IMG/VR virus record: IMGVR_UViG_3300038701_002052
Span: 8,456 to 72,455 of that record
Direction: 5' to 3' (one strand)
Length of the DNA stretch: 64,000 nt
From: a virus
The position numbers and the translations under genes are program-made. How positions within the stretch are numbered: position 1 is the first letter of the stretch; every line of letters begins with the position of its first letter. Below, one piece after another: positions 9,201-17,875 of this stretch. The notes beneath the pieces were generated by a model. It was not told the DNA's origin. It was given only the letters and a program-made list of their open reading frames with translations, and did not search any database.

Positions 9201-11461
9201 TCACGGCAGCACAGCCGCTGATGAACGCCCGCCTCTCGGAATCCTTCCCGGAGCAGTGGGTCACCCACCGGACCTACGGTGTCCGGGACCTGAACAATCT
9301 CCTGCACACCATGGGCTACAACATCGCCTTTGGCCGCAACCTGGAGGGGATTCTTCATGACTTCAGCGTCGCGGACGCAGAGATTAAGGAGCGTGTCCTC
9401 AAACACAAGGTCGAGGTGGTGGATCGCGCTCAGGCCACCGGCAAGACCGGAAAGGCGCTCCGTGCCGAGATGGTCCGGCTGGCAGGCGGTGAGGCGGAAT
9501 TCAAGCGTGGTGAGAACGCGATCAGGGACGTGAAGCTGATCAATGAGCAGCGCCGGTCCTTCGCCGCGTTCATCAACTCGAACCATACGTCGGTCGACTG
9601 GGGGTTGGTGAATGAGGGGATCTCGGGAATGGTGGGCGCGGCGGTCCAGGGCCTCAAGACGGCTCTCGTGGACACGTCGACGGCCTTCAAGCCGATCATG
9701 GAATACGGGTTCTCCCGAACCTCCATCATGATGAGCCTTTCCATTCTGAAGGGCATCGGCGCGAACACGGCCAACTCGGCCGCGAACGCACTCCCCTTCA
9801 TCGCCGCGGAGGGAGACAGGTTCCAGCGTGACCTTTCAGACATGTCCGTCGCGGCGGGATTTGTCGACGCGGACAACGACCTCTCCGTCAAGGAGACCAT
9901 GGTCGGTGAGATGCACAGCGTGCCTCAGGCTCAGGACACGGGGCGTGCGTCCGCATTGAGCGAGAAGGCACGCCTTGCAATGCGCGGGGCCAGGACCGTG
10001 CTCTCGGTGGGGATCGGCAAAAGCTCCGGGGCTTCGAGGTCTGCAAAGCTGCAGGCTCCGTTCACGTTCATCTCCAAGACGATCAACCTCGCCGCCATCC
10101 AGGGGGCGTTCAAGATCTATGGCAATCTGGTGATGAAGATGGTGGAGGCATTCGAGTCCAACCCGTCCTTCGCCGCCGATCCGGACTTCGAGTTCACCGC
10201 GGAACAGCTCGGGTTCAGGAACACGTTCTTCGGGCTGCTTCGCGACAAGGACACCTACGCCTACCTGAGCCAGAGGTTTCAGGACGAGATGGGCATGACG
10301 CTCGAGACGGCGGCTCGCGAGGCCATGCGACGCAATGCCGGCAAGTCGCTCAAGACGCTCTTCACGCCGCGTGATCTGGCCCGCATCGGCAACATCGCCA
10401 TGACGGACCTGACCCAGGAGTCGTCCGCGACCACCACGCCGTCATCCTTCCTCTCCAACCCGGCCCTCCATGCCATGCTGCCACTGCTCAACTGGGCCAT
10501 CCGGCAGACGGTCTCGGTGTCCAAGTCGTTTTCAACGCCTGGTGGCGGGAGGTGGGACGCCGCAGCAATCCGCAAGGGATTCCTCGGCATGGCCTTTGGC
10601 GCGATTCCGATCGGCCTGCTCTACTCGGTGCTGGTGGACGAATTCGAGAAGGAGGTTCTCGGCAAGAAGGCCAACGTGCTCGACTTCGGAGGCAACCCGT
10701 TCTTCGCCATGGTCGACAAGCTGGCCCGTGTGGGCACGTTCGGACTGGCCGGTGACGCGGTCAACTCGATGATCAACCTCGACACGGCACGCCCGTTCTC
10801 GATCGATTCGCGTGTGTTCGCCGTCTCCTCGTTCATGTCCATGCTCAACACGGTCGGGACCGGCATCCAGCAGGGTGCGGCCTCGTGGGAGACGGTGGGA
10901 CGTCCCCTCGCCATGTCGCTTGGCGGAGCAGGCTACCTGTCCAACTTCCAGATCATCAACAACACGTTCGGACTGGACAACGAGGAGGCCCGCGTCAACT
11001 CGCGCATCAACGTCAACAACCACCTCCGAGCAGCCGGTCGCGAGGTGGGAATGGAGGTCCGCACCTACCGCGGTGGTGGGATCACCCCGTCCAAGACCCG
11101 CGTCCATGTCAAGGCCATGCTCCTTGCCGCCATGGGAGACGACCATAAGGCGTTCTTCGAGGCTTACAAGCGGGGTGTCGAGGCGTCCATCAAGACCGGC
11201 AAGACGCGGTCGGAGGCCGAGGAGTCGATCAAGCGGTCATTCCAGGGCTACCACCCGATGCGGTCCATCTTCCGCACCCCGCCGACGGAGCGTGACATCA
11301 GGAACGTCCTGCAGGCCATGGACGACACCGGACGTGAGGACGTGCTCGAGGCCATGAGGCTCATTGACATCTACACGAACCGGCTCGGGATCAAGACATT
11401 CACCCCGAAACGTGAACGCTCACGCACGTCGCTTTCAACATACGTCAGATCCGGTTTTTGA
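3221..11461 (+). CDS. Giant internal virion (ejection) protein with a zincin-like HEXXH metallopeptidase motif
   Basis: 2746 aa. Gly/Ala hydrophobic N-terminal segments, Pro/Gln linker, LLHEIAHHVF at 6224-6238, hydrophobic C-terminal region; position fits a podovirus ejection module. Confidence 0.7.
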   Translation: MANSIVNLHRQKFPNDGRSDEELTLVYSKRLGGRDGLPQDFLDDLRSINRGIDLATRPSLAGEFKGAVSSGVDRAQAQLYDTVALGANKLGLESVQAYADRGRERNLAEAGENVRSVHSIEEVEDFKDFAYWFAGVVGENAPQLAGTLGTAAAATGGAVVAGASAPVVATAGLIGGAAAGFTQTQNFGDLRDEGIDEDTAGNTAIATGFLSSLLEAIPVMKAISPYTRTLGKEPVKDVVMELMKKIPSNALVEGGTEVGQEFVTMVGETLAHRKTDPDYEIPDKEFSSRIINAGVAGAALGGALGPVEVAGDVYRGSTGRRKDPDPDLPPADKATDAFFGNLGQDEQATIKEMAGRSNDGGITFEEATWLRDNPERRDYLVSVGGNPDNVHQPVSNPVSEPPAQQPVAPAPAPAQPAPQPVEVAAPQPQPQPVVAPVVTPAPAPAPTRTESLQHLQRFVAPREVSYTPPQTKAPSDDVASTVLKTRVDGRVFETPSVVRAIAAKFSANEPLTPGEQEIVDGFSPEQNEQFTNMLIQAGAPKAIRTGLDTRTLEEAETVKKQGVKAGEDAVEGTRLRGFTPFPLKVGFKLRSGEVVEGLDHTVHSPELDEILSDDSSKPSSGSAPSKTHRYVFFEDTAQTADPKSKVVALPVYRRTRGGRRIGRVGVPAGVPHKSNEKSVAISKLMKERNADGSTRFVPLAIRNAHDVVDAHDPSSVQYFSRSDFDSLADAELREIGAIQRGAEASRFQQRGFDESGNVIEGRTVSGLDRESDLSSDDPITRLQATVEEILGDSIGSPVDISTAREMVLEFMASGPEEAAMVRELYAELLSTAMEDPLFSESIRNDPSLAIDQIEAHAAKLVSNYSEAAGMGSADVKRLLEGDNGHASPGTSEVQPGDTRDDPGSLRGEGTHKRLQPGVAFSIPVGDSPRMSGARVIDLFSRILRSATANGINVRVFQQRFDALTSEFLSREGGAFDNASNTIALVLHDIQNPNLGNIRVLLHEIAHHVFRNEPARIREVMAASIDALGRDALKINPEANRSTSGLDPEEILVETAAQSIDPATARSLVQRLLDFLKGVYLRASLEIQSLLHRTGVRDINPHYAQEYADLRLRQLAFSGDVPSVFKWFMGGDPKPEQRIEYLTPTSESWIRARFNPATGRMETVGAIPFTAEDAVFNTESARFSIPSENAISPDQGTAQAVPEVAALRKVSGVLKRWFESFDGSGENQTADGKPLSDYQGLLRSVLPKRMQDPEVVEASKSEALKRLGKQPVGPEVRLESLPEFPRKNAARQALILLNRIRKAITKNVGNQRFEEQKIRNRMERRVAREDRLITAHTDADEVSSYIIEEIRNDFSGLKADGKAFRTATGKITKLSQMIGKLDASLEGDQVPAEYQKAAQRVLDHLTRTKKSRIELFDIMDFLVSQGVDWHSVPLDAARRLITTAASSFPELKALTTQDQTANVLTTALVHFLQKHSHVEAMMKLRKEDLGKQRDEMIASLKAALKGHTAEVNRAEKLIRSLPRAAVHADRILQKIKQIHEDQRADHARLQQILNLQSVWVSGEPVLEEEIQRLESMMGAVGKEFNAVEGETYPVPDGKGGFRMAEFHYPKEKKESAALIRDMKAMSEWLDTMEPGDLRRGSDRYNQVLNAYEKIRDNSVVYKALINRDSWIIRFAGSLVDKLDLIGNPSAQAAARKVRRYAAFVSSVHEKFGLVRGRRWATLEAEAMKAAGFPRGGLDEFRRTWFNRAFHFFARNKEILIDHPDLADAYSEAFKRARRHYMDDPSTRAIAADDKKWAAMRRYWEYTAETSDAAVGLSERNGIKVDDKERLGMYRDVIGAPLFEVMRAPSDLLHNLADRMKKRWTDHPLTKAYAGSLVEGGIETLDQSLAQHLGGGVWEDFVGSVAEMSGRAGFHGPAGPDGTRDILRTTAVKAAYRISGGSVSRFIQALHQAGSGESTTESVEDYAVDVLSTLNDWFRSIHGMSVDRSEKDGFSITAAQPLMNARLSESFPEQWVTHRTYGVRDLNNLLHTMGYNIAFGRNLEGILHDFSVADAEIKERVLKHKVEVVDRAQATGKTGKALRAEMVRLAGGEAEFKRGENAIRDVKLINEQRRSFAAFINSNHTSVDWGLVNEGISGMVGAAVQGLKTALVDTSTAFKPIMEYGFSRTSIMMSLSILKGIGANTANSAANALPFIAAEGDRFQRDLSDMSVAAGFVDADNDLSVKETMVGEMHSVPQAQDTGRASALSEKARLAMRGARTVLSVGIGKSSGASRSAKLQAPFTFISKTINLAAIQGAFKIYGNLVMKMVEAFESNPSFAADPDFEFTAEQLGFRNTFFGLLRDKDTYAYLSQRFQDEMGMTLETAAREAMRRNAGKSLKTLFTPRDLARIGNIAMTDLTQESSATTTPSSFLSNPALHAMLPLLNWAIRQTVSVSKSFSTPGGGRWDAAAIRKGFLGMAFGAIPIGLLYSVLVDEFEKEVLGKKANVLDFGGNPFFAMVDKLARVGTFGLAGDAVNSMINLDTARPFSIDSRVFAVSSFMSMLNTVGTGIQQGAASWETVGRPLAMSLGGAGYLSNFQIINNTFGLDNEEARVNSRINVNNHLRAAGREVGMEVRTYRGGGITPSKTRVHVKAMLLAAMGDDHKAFFEAYKRGVEASIKTGKTRSEAEESIKRSFQGYHPMRSIFRTPPTERDIRNVLQAMDDTGREDVLEAMRLIDIYTNRLGIKTFTPKRERSRTSLSTYVRSGF

Positions 11462-11498
11462 TCGACAAATGTTACCCGTAACTTAGTATTTGCACAAA

Positions 11499-13925
11499 AT
11501 GAGGTTAGTCTACGCATGGGTGGCAGCCGCCATCCTCATCACATGCTCCTCGGCTCTCGGGCAGGGGTCGGTCTATTACGTCGACTCCAAGGTCAAGCTC
11601 AAGGAGCTGAACCCCCAGGTCGGTCGCGGGCTGTCCTTCAGCCGTCCGGTCCTGCTCTACGATCCTGCTGACATCAACTCCTACGGGTTCTACATCGCGA
11701 CCAACTCCGTTGCCGGGGTTGATGACGACGCAATCATCCGGTCAGCCCACACGGACACCTACTCATGGGTCAGGATCGACACGGTCCCGCTGGCCAGTGA
11801 TTCGGTTAAGGGCAAGTTCCGGCTCTTCAGCGCCCCATCGGACCCGAATGATCCGGTCGGCTATGACAAGGAGGACACCGACGCGCTCATCGACGCCCTG
11901 CCGGTCAGTCTCGACGAGCAGGCCGATGTGGACGCCAGCGCGGGTACGACAAACCAGTTCCTGATCAAGCGAAACGTCGCCGGAGTGACTCAATACACGC
12001 CGGTCACCCCGAGGATGATCGACGCGGCTGCTCTTTACGGTGTCGACATGACCGGGGCAACGGACTCGACGGCGCGGCTGCAACACGCGATCGACTCACA
12101 CAAGACGGTGTTTCTTCCGTCCGGCACGGTCACCATCTCGAACACCATAACCCTCTACACTGACACGAAGCTGATCGGGGCTGGTCGAGACGAGGTCACC
12201 ATCACCAACTCCAACAGCTCGGTGTTTGCGTTTGTCTTGAGCACCTCGACCGACACCCCGCTTTCGGACGTTGATTCAAACTTCATTCTCGAAGGTGTGA
12301 CGATCGGATCGAAGAACGGGCTGCGTATAAACACCACTTCAGATTTCGCGGCCCGGCACCCGATCAAGGGAGTGGCAATACGCCACGTCAGTTTCCTCGG
12401 CTCTTACGGATCTGGTGAAGACGCGGACTATGAAACGGACGACGTCCCGACGATCGCGGAACTTCAGGCATTCGGCACCGGGCTTCAGTTCGTGAAAGTG
12501 TTCGACGCGGACGTGAGGAATTGCCTGTTCCAAAGGCTGGGGATCGGAACCTACCTGTTCGGCTCGGACATAAACACGTTCGAAAACAACCGCTACAACG
12601 TGAACGCAAACCATGTTTACACGACGAGGGACACGTCGACTGGAACATGGGGGTATGGTAACAAGTGGATCAATTCCGACATCCTTCAGAACAAGCGCGT
12701 TCGTGGGGTATGGATCGAGGATAACCGGCACACGCTGATTCAGGGGAACTATTTCGAAAATCATAATTATGGGTCATCCTTGTATCTGTACACGACCAAT
12801 GACATCGGGACGAAGATCTTCGCCAACCGCTTCGACAACACGGGCAACGCGACGCCCGCCATAGATATCAACCCTAAACATTCCTTCCAGTATTCGGGCA
12901 ACACCTGGAACGTCTCCACACCGCTCTCCACATTCCTGATCGGGTCAAACTCGTGGGCTCAGACGGCCCCCTCACAGATCATGGCATCATTCCGCGACAA
13001 CGGTCCAGAGACCGGGCACCCGGTGATCAACTACCCGCAGGTGGTCACCAACCAGGTTGACCCGTATCTCTTCTCGGCGATGAACCCGCAGCAGGTCGGG
13101 GGCTCTGGCGGTGCTTCATGGCCCTGGAACGTGTCATCCGCCACGGGGCGGCACGCGATCCAGACAAGCACTGGCAACCTGATCGTTTCCTTCTACCCGC
13201 TCATCTCGGATCGCGCATTCAGGGTCGACTTCACCGCTCGCGACATCTCTGGAGCGGCGGCTGATTACGCGGAGATCAAATACTTTGGAACCAGCACGAA
13301 CACGCTATTGTCGGAAACGATCGGATTCACGGACACGAACGAGGTTCAGACAATCAGTCGATGGATCGAGCTTCCCGCATCTGAAATTGCCGATGGCCGG
13401 TTACAGATCGAGTTCCTGAATGATCGTGCCGAGCTGGAGCGCATCCGGTTGACCCCGGTCTCTGGTTCGGAGTCAGTCATTCAAGGCGCTCAGACTTTTT
13501 ATCCACGAGCTGGTTCTCCGGCGATGACACTATCCGGCCGCAGCGCCGCCTACGCGTTCGACCCCACCGCATTTGAGGATGTTTCAGGGGTGCTACAAGT
13601 GCCTCGGGACTGGAAGGCGGTGAAGCTGAGGCTGCTTTATGCAAACCCATCCACGACCGCAGCCGATATTCTGTGGGCCATCTATTGGGACGAGCGATCG
13701 GTTGCGGACGACCTGACGACATCCGGCTCTGGGTACGAGCTGCTCACATCCGACGCGGGGACAACCGCCGACCTTTTGCGGGTGACCGCATACACGGCGA
13801 TCATCGATATTGACCCATCGAAGTTGCAATTCGTCCGCATAGCAAGAGGTGGGAGTGACGCACGAGACACGCTGAACGCGTCCGATGCTGAGCTGATCGC
13901 CGTTGAAATTTTGAGATACGAATGA
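11499..13925 (+). CDS. Tailspike-like right-handed beta-helix (pectate-lyase-3-like) protein with a signal-peptide-like N-terminus
   Basis: YGVDMTGATDSTARLQHAIDSHKTVFLPSGTVTI beta-helix entry motif and Asn-ladder repeats. N-terminus MRLVYAWVAAAILITCSSALG. ATG at 11499; TTG at 11490 is also possible. Confidence 0.7.
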   Translation: MRLVYAWVAAAILITCSSALGQGSVYYVDSKVKLKELNPQVGRGLSFSRPVLLYDPADINSYGFYIATNSVAGVDDDAIIRSAHTDTYSWVRIDTVPLASDSVKGKFRLFSAPSDPNDPVGYDKEDTDALIDALPVSLDEQADVDASAGTTNQFLIKRNVAGVTQYTPVTPRMIDAAALYGVDMTGATDSTARLQHAIDSHKTVFLPSGTVTISNTITLYTDTKLIGAGRDEVTITNSNSSVFAFVLSTSTDTPLSDVDSNFILEGVTIGSKNGLRINTTSDFAARHPIKGVAIRHVSFLGSYGSGEDADYETDDVPTIAELQAFGTGLQFVKVFDADVRNCLFQRLGIGTYLFGSDINTFENNRYNVNANHVYTTRDTSTGTWGYGNKWINSDILQNKRVRGVWIEDNRHTLIQGNYFENHNYGSSLYLYTTNDIGTKIFANRFDNTGNATPAIDINPKHSFQYSGNTWNVSTPLSTFLIGSNSWAQTAPSQIMASFRDNGPETGHPVINYPQVVTNQVDPYLFSAMNPQQVGGSGGASWPWNVSSATGRHAIQTSTGNLIVSFYPLISDRAFRVDFTARDISGAAADYAEIKYFGTSTNTLLSETIGFTDTNEVQTISRWIELPASEIADGRLQIEFLNDRAELERIRLTPVSGSESVIQGAQTFYPRAGSPAMTLSGRSAAYAFDPTAFEDVSGVLQVPRDWKAVKLRLLYANPSTTAADILWAIYWDERSVADDLTTSGSGYELLTSDAGTTADLLRVTAYTAIIDIDPSKLQFVRIARGGSDARDTLNASDAELIAVEILRYE

Positions 13926-16900
13926 GATACCTGCTTTCCATCCTTCTTTTCTGGTCAGTCTCGGCTTCGCAGGCACAGGTCGTGACCGCGATCCCGAAGG
14001 CGCTGATGCAGCTCCGAACGACGGGGACCAACGGGAACCGCGTCGAGGCCATGTGGGTGCAGCTCACGCCGCCACAGACCAACGAGGTGTTCGTCAATGT
14101 CCGCATCTCAGGAGGGGGCGCGAATGCCTTTGGAGACGGCAGTGGCGAGATCAACACCTTTCTCCGGTTCGCACCGGGTCAGGAGCGTCGGAAGCTGATC
14201 CTGCTTGAGAACGGGACGGGTGCGGAGTCGGGCAGCATCTCGGTCGCCTTGTTGGAAGGGTCGAATTACACGCTTGGGGACCGGACCACGGAGAACCCGC
14301 CGTGGGACCGCACCGGCACAGGGGACGCCATCCCGACCGTCACCGCACCGACGATCTCGCTCCTGACACCGTCGGACAGCGCGACGGCAGACACGGAATG
14401 GGCGGTTCCCTTTACATCGTCCTACACGTCGTCCGGCGAACACCGCATCGGCTCGATCGCGTATCAGGTTTTCAATGCCGGTTCAACCAAGGTCGCCGAT
14501 GTCGCGGCGGACATGATCGAGAGTGGGTATGCCGCGACGGCCACCCTCGCCACCTCGGGCACCTACACGGCGAAGGCGGTGCTCTACTACACCGATGAGA
14601 ACGGTGTGGACCAGACTGTAGAGTCATCAACCATCTCGATCACGGCGACGGACCCGAGTATCACCACGTCCATCACCAGCCCTGCCGATGCGGCGACTCT
14701 GACCGTTGATGTCGCGACGTCGGTGCAGGTGTCCGCGTCAGCCAGCAGTGGCGGCATCACCCAGGTGGAGTTGTTCGAGGACGGCGTCTCGGTCTTCGTG
14801 GACGGGGCCAGCCCGTTCAACATCCCATACACTCCGACATCGCTTGGCGCTCACAACCTGACCGTCACGGCAACCCGCACGTTGGGAGGGACCGCGTCGG
14901 ATTCGATAGACATCGTCTGCATCCCGGCGGCGAACCAGGCACCAACCGCGGAGCTTTCCTTCGATGCGGCATCTTCGGATGCGGAATTCCCGACGCTCGA
15001 TCTCCGGTTTGACTACGTGGTGAGCGATGCCGACGGCACGGTGGATCAGATTGAATTACGCATGGAGGGGTCGATCATTCAGACACTCTCCAGCGGACCC
15101 TATACGACCGGAACCCTGACGTTCAACGGCGTCTCCCCGGCGATGGTCACGGACCGCGGCTATGTCTTCGACATCATCGCGACCGATGACGATGCGGCCA
15201 CCACCACGAGCAGCTACGCCAACGTCGTGACCACGACCGCCTCGACGCCCGCCTACACGTTCACGGGGCCTGGCGACGGATCGGCGGAGGTCGGGCAGAC
15301 GATCACGCTGACATCCAACCAGGCAAACGGCACGGCTGACTCGCTCCTCTACGAGAAGGTGTCCGGGCCGGGCACGATCACCTTCGGAACCGCGACGGCG
15401 ATCTCGACCACCGCGAGCTTTGACACTGCTGGTATCTACGTCGTCCGCGTGACCAGCACGAAGGGCGCGACGAGCTACGTAAGGGAGGGGACTTACACCA
15501 TCACCGCGCTTCCCTATCAGTTCACGGGACCGGCTGACCTGACACTCGTGGTCGACGAATCCGGCACGCTCACGGCGACGGAGGCCAACGGACCGGCCGA
15601 TTCCTACGCGTGGGCCAAGACTGCTGGCACAGGCACGGTGACGTTCGGGACATCGACGGCCATCTCGACGAGTGTCTCCGTCGACACGGCGGGCACGTTC
15701 ACGATCACGGTGACCGCCACCAAGGACGGCACGCCCTATGTACGCACGGTCACACTGACCATCACGGCGGCCGACACCTATCCGGAGCCCGGAGACCCGC
15801 CCACACCGGACGCGGTCAACAACATCACGCTTCCGGTCCTCGTGTTCGACCACGACGACCAGACGGACGGCATCGCATCCAAGACGGTCACCTTCAAGAC
15901 CGATTCAACCTTCGCGCAGGCTTCCGGCACGGTGATGGAGCTGAACGTTCCGAACCTCCATCACGGAAACACGCTTTCATTCAGGATCAACGGCGGGACA
16001 GAGCGGCTGATCCGCGACACCACGGCGACCGTCGACCATAACGCGCTCAACAATCACGGCACGGCGGACGGCTATCTTGGTGACTTCTCATTCAAGGTGC
16101 TGCGCGTGCCGATCACGGACGGCGTGATCGTCGCGGGATCGAACACCATCACGTTCACCTTCCGTGCGCCGTGGTCGGCGGGATTCACATCCACCGGCAT
16201 CACCTACGATCAGGGGCACTTTCAGACGGCGGGCTACCGCATCGTCTATTTCAACTTCCTGGAGACTGACGGCGACCGGCTGCTTGATTCGTCTGACTTC
16301 GTCGTCACGGATTACACCGCGTTCACCGCACCCGCAGGCGGGACGGCGGCGACCGGGCAGACGCTATGGGAGAATGACACCATCCTGACCTCGAACCCGA
16401 ACAACCAGGCGGCGAAGCGCACCGCGTGTTTCGACTGCCACGGATCGGGCGCACCTCTTCATTACTTCCATTTCGAGAACGACGTCATCATCGCCCGCTC
16501 GCGATTTCATGGCCTGACCACGCAGCAGGGCACCGACATCGCGGCCTACATCCGCAGCCTGACACCGGCCCAGACGTCGACGAATGCCCGTCCTTGGTCG
16601 CTCCCCTACCAGCCAGGCCCGAACCTCGCGAACCTCACGACGCATGAATGGGCGGCGGGCGAGATGAAGGCGCATGCGATCGTTCCGGACCTGAAGATCC
16701 CGGACGTGCTCGCCAACTCCGACGCACACCGGACGGAGATCTACGGCGCGACGATCGAGAACTCGGACCTCACGTTCTCAAACTCGACCGACAGCGAATG
16801 GCAGACCCGCATACACTTCCAGCTTCCTTCCTACCAGCAGTGGGTGGCGGACTTCCACCCGAAGGAGTTCATGGGTTCGCGCACCTCATGGAACGCGTCG

Positions 16901-17875
16901 AACCTGAAGCGCGAGCATGACCAGTTCCGGGCCAAGTTCACCAGCGCCGCGAGCAACTCTTCCGCGATCTACGACTGGCGGGAGCTTGACCTTTACAGCT
17001 ACCGATTCATTGAGAACGAGATGCGGACCTACTTCTCGACGATGTATTTCCAGGCCGACGAATTCGCCTACCCCTACAGCGTCAAGAAGCTGGCTTCAGT
17101 GCTCGCGCTGGACATGGAGATGACGTGGAACCTGTCGAGCGTGGATCTGTATTCATCCGTCGCGTGGGACCATTCCCGCGAGTATCCGAGAGCCGCCACG
17201 TTCTTCAATACTTCGCCGCTTCAAAGCCACGTCGCCACCGGCTACACAGGGCACGCGGTCGGCAACCGCACCGACGCCAGCAAGCGTTTCCTGGACGTCG
17301 GCTGGTATGCCGTCCAGATGTATGTCAACCCCTGGATGGGAGGGGACAACCGATTCCTCGACAGCGGGCGCGGCTACTTCTACGGCGCGTCATCAGATTG
17401 GTTGAGCAAGATCCCCGGAGGTGGCGAGCCTGAGAGCCTGTTCGCGCTGATGCACCAATTGAATGTCTGCATGATGCGAATGAGTCAGCAGGACCAGAAC
17501 GTGAACAACAGGAGCGGCGGGGCCTACCTCCCCCACTTCAACCCGCAGGTCTTGAGCGACAACCAATGGCTGGCGAATGCCGACAAGGGCGACGCGACCG
17601 ACAAGCTCGCGATCATGCTCGCCGCCGTGGAAAACTTCATCGACTTCCTCGACACCATACCCGTCGCCACATGGCAGACCGCCAGCGTCGTCAGCAGCAT
17701 GACCAGCGGTGCCTCCTCGACCGGGTTCCGCGACGATTCCAAACAGCTCTCGATCTGCTACATGCTCCTCCACAACCTCAAAAACAACTGGGGCGTCTCG
17801 ACCAGCCACGCGACCTACGTCCGCGCACGCGACAAGTTCGCCCTGATCTGGCCTTCACAAGCAACATGGCCATGA
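13922..17875 (+). CDS. Exported multi-Ig/PKD-like repeat protein with a single CXXCH haem-c motif
   Basis: Signal peptide MRYLLSILLFWSVSASQA; Thr-rich Ig-like repeats (ITSPADAATL...VELFEDG); CFDCH at 16427-16441 followed by RSRFHGL...IAAYIRSL...RPWSLPYQPGP. Confidence 0.65.
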   Translation: MRYLLSILLFWSVSASQAQVVTAIPKALMQLRTTGTNGNRVEAMWVQLTPPQTNEVFVNVRISGGGANAFGDGSGEINTFLRFAPGQERRKLILLENGTGAESGSISVALLEGSNYTLGDRTTENPPWDRTGTGDAIPTVTAPTISLLTPSDSATADTEWAVPFTSSYTSSGEHRIGSIAYQVFNAGSTKVADVAADMIESGYAATATLATSGTYTAKAVLYYTDENGVDQTVESSTISITATDPSITTSITSPADAATLTVDVATSVQVSASASSGGITQVELFEDGVSVFVDGASPFNIPYTPTSLGAHNLTVTATRTLGGTASDSIDIVCIPAANQAPTAELSFDAASSDAEFPTLDLRFDYVVSDADGTVDQIELRMEGSIIQTLSSGPYTTGTLTFNGVSPAMVTDRGYVFDIIATDDDAATTTSSYANVVTTTASTPAYTFTGPGDGSAEVGQTITLTSNQANGTADSLLYEKVSGPGTITFGTATAISTTASFDTAGIYVVRVTSTKGATSYVREGTYTITALPYQFTGPADLTLVVDESGTLTATEANGPADSYAWAKTAGTGTVTFGTSTAISTSVSVDTAGTFTITVTATKDGTPYVRTVTLTITAADTYPEPGDPPTPDAVNNITLPVLVFDHDDQTDGIASKTVTFKTDSTFAQASGTVMELNVPNLHHGNTLSFRINGGTERLIRDTTATVDHNALNNHGTADGYLGDFSFKVLRVPITDGVIVAGSNTITFTFRAPWSAGFTSTGITYDQGHFQTAGYRIVYFNFLETDGDRLLDSSDFVVTDYTAFTAPAGGTAATGQTLWENDTILTSNPNNQAAKRTACFDCHGSGAPLHYFHFENDVIIARSRFHGLTTQQGTDIAAYIRSLTPAQTSTNARPWSLPYQPGPNLANLTTHEWAAGEMKAHAIVPDLKIPDVLANSDAHRTEIYGATIENSDLTFSNSTDSEWQTRIHFQLPSYQQWVADFHPKEFMGSRTSWNASNLKREHDQFRAKFTSAASNSSAIYDWRELDLYSYRFIENEMRTYFSTMYFQADEFAYPYSVKKLASVLALDMEMTWNLSSVDLYSSVAWDHSREYPRAATFFNTSPLQSHVATGYTGHAVGNRTDASKRFLDVGWYAVQMYVNPWMGGDNRFLDSGRGYFYGASSDWLSKIPGGGEPESLFALMHQLNVCMMRMSQQDQNVNNRSGGAYLPHFNPQVLSDNQWLANADKGDATDKLAIMLAAVENFIDFLDTIPVATWQTASVVSSMTSGASSTGFRDDSKQLSICYMLLHNLKNNWGVSTSHATYVRARDKFALIWPSQATWP

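Noticed and set aside
3221-11461. N4-like virion RNA polymerase
   Set aside because: No recognisable single-subunit RNAP catalytic motifs.
17566-17871. 5' extension of the 17872 gene given in the ORF track
   Set aside because: It overlaps the 3' end of the 1317-aa gene out of frame; ATGA coupling at 17872 is the better start.
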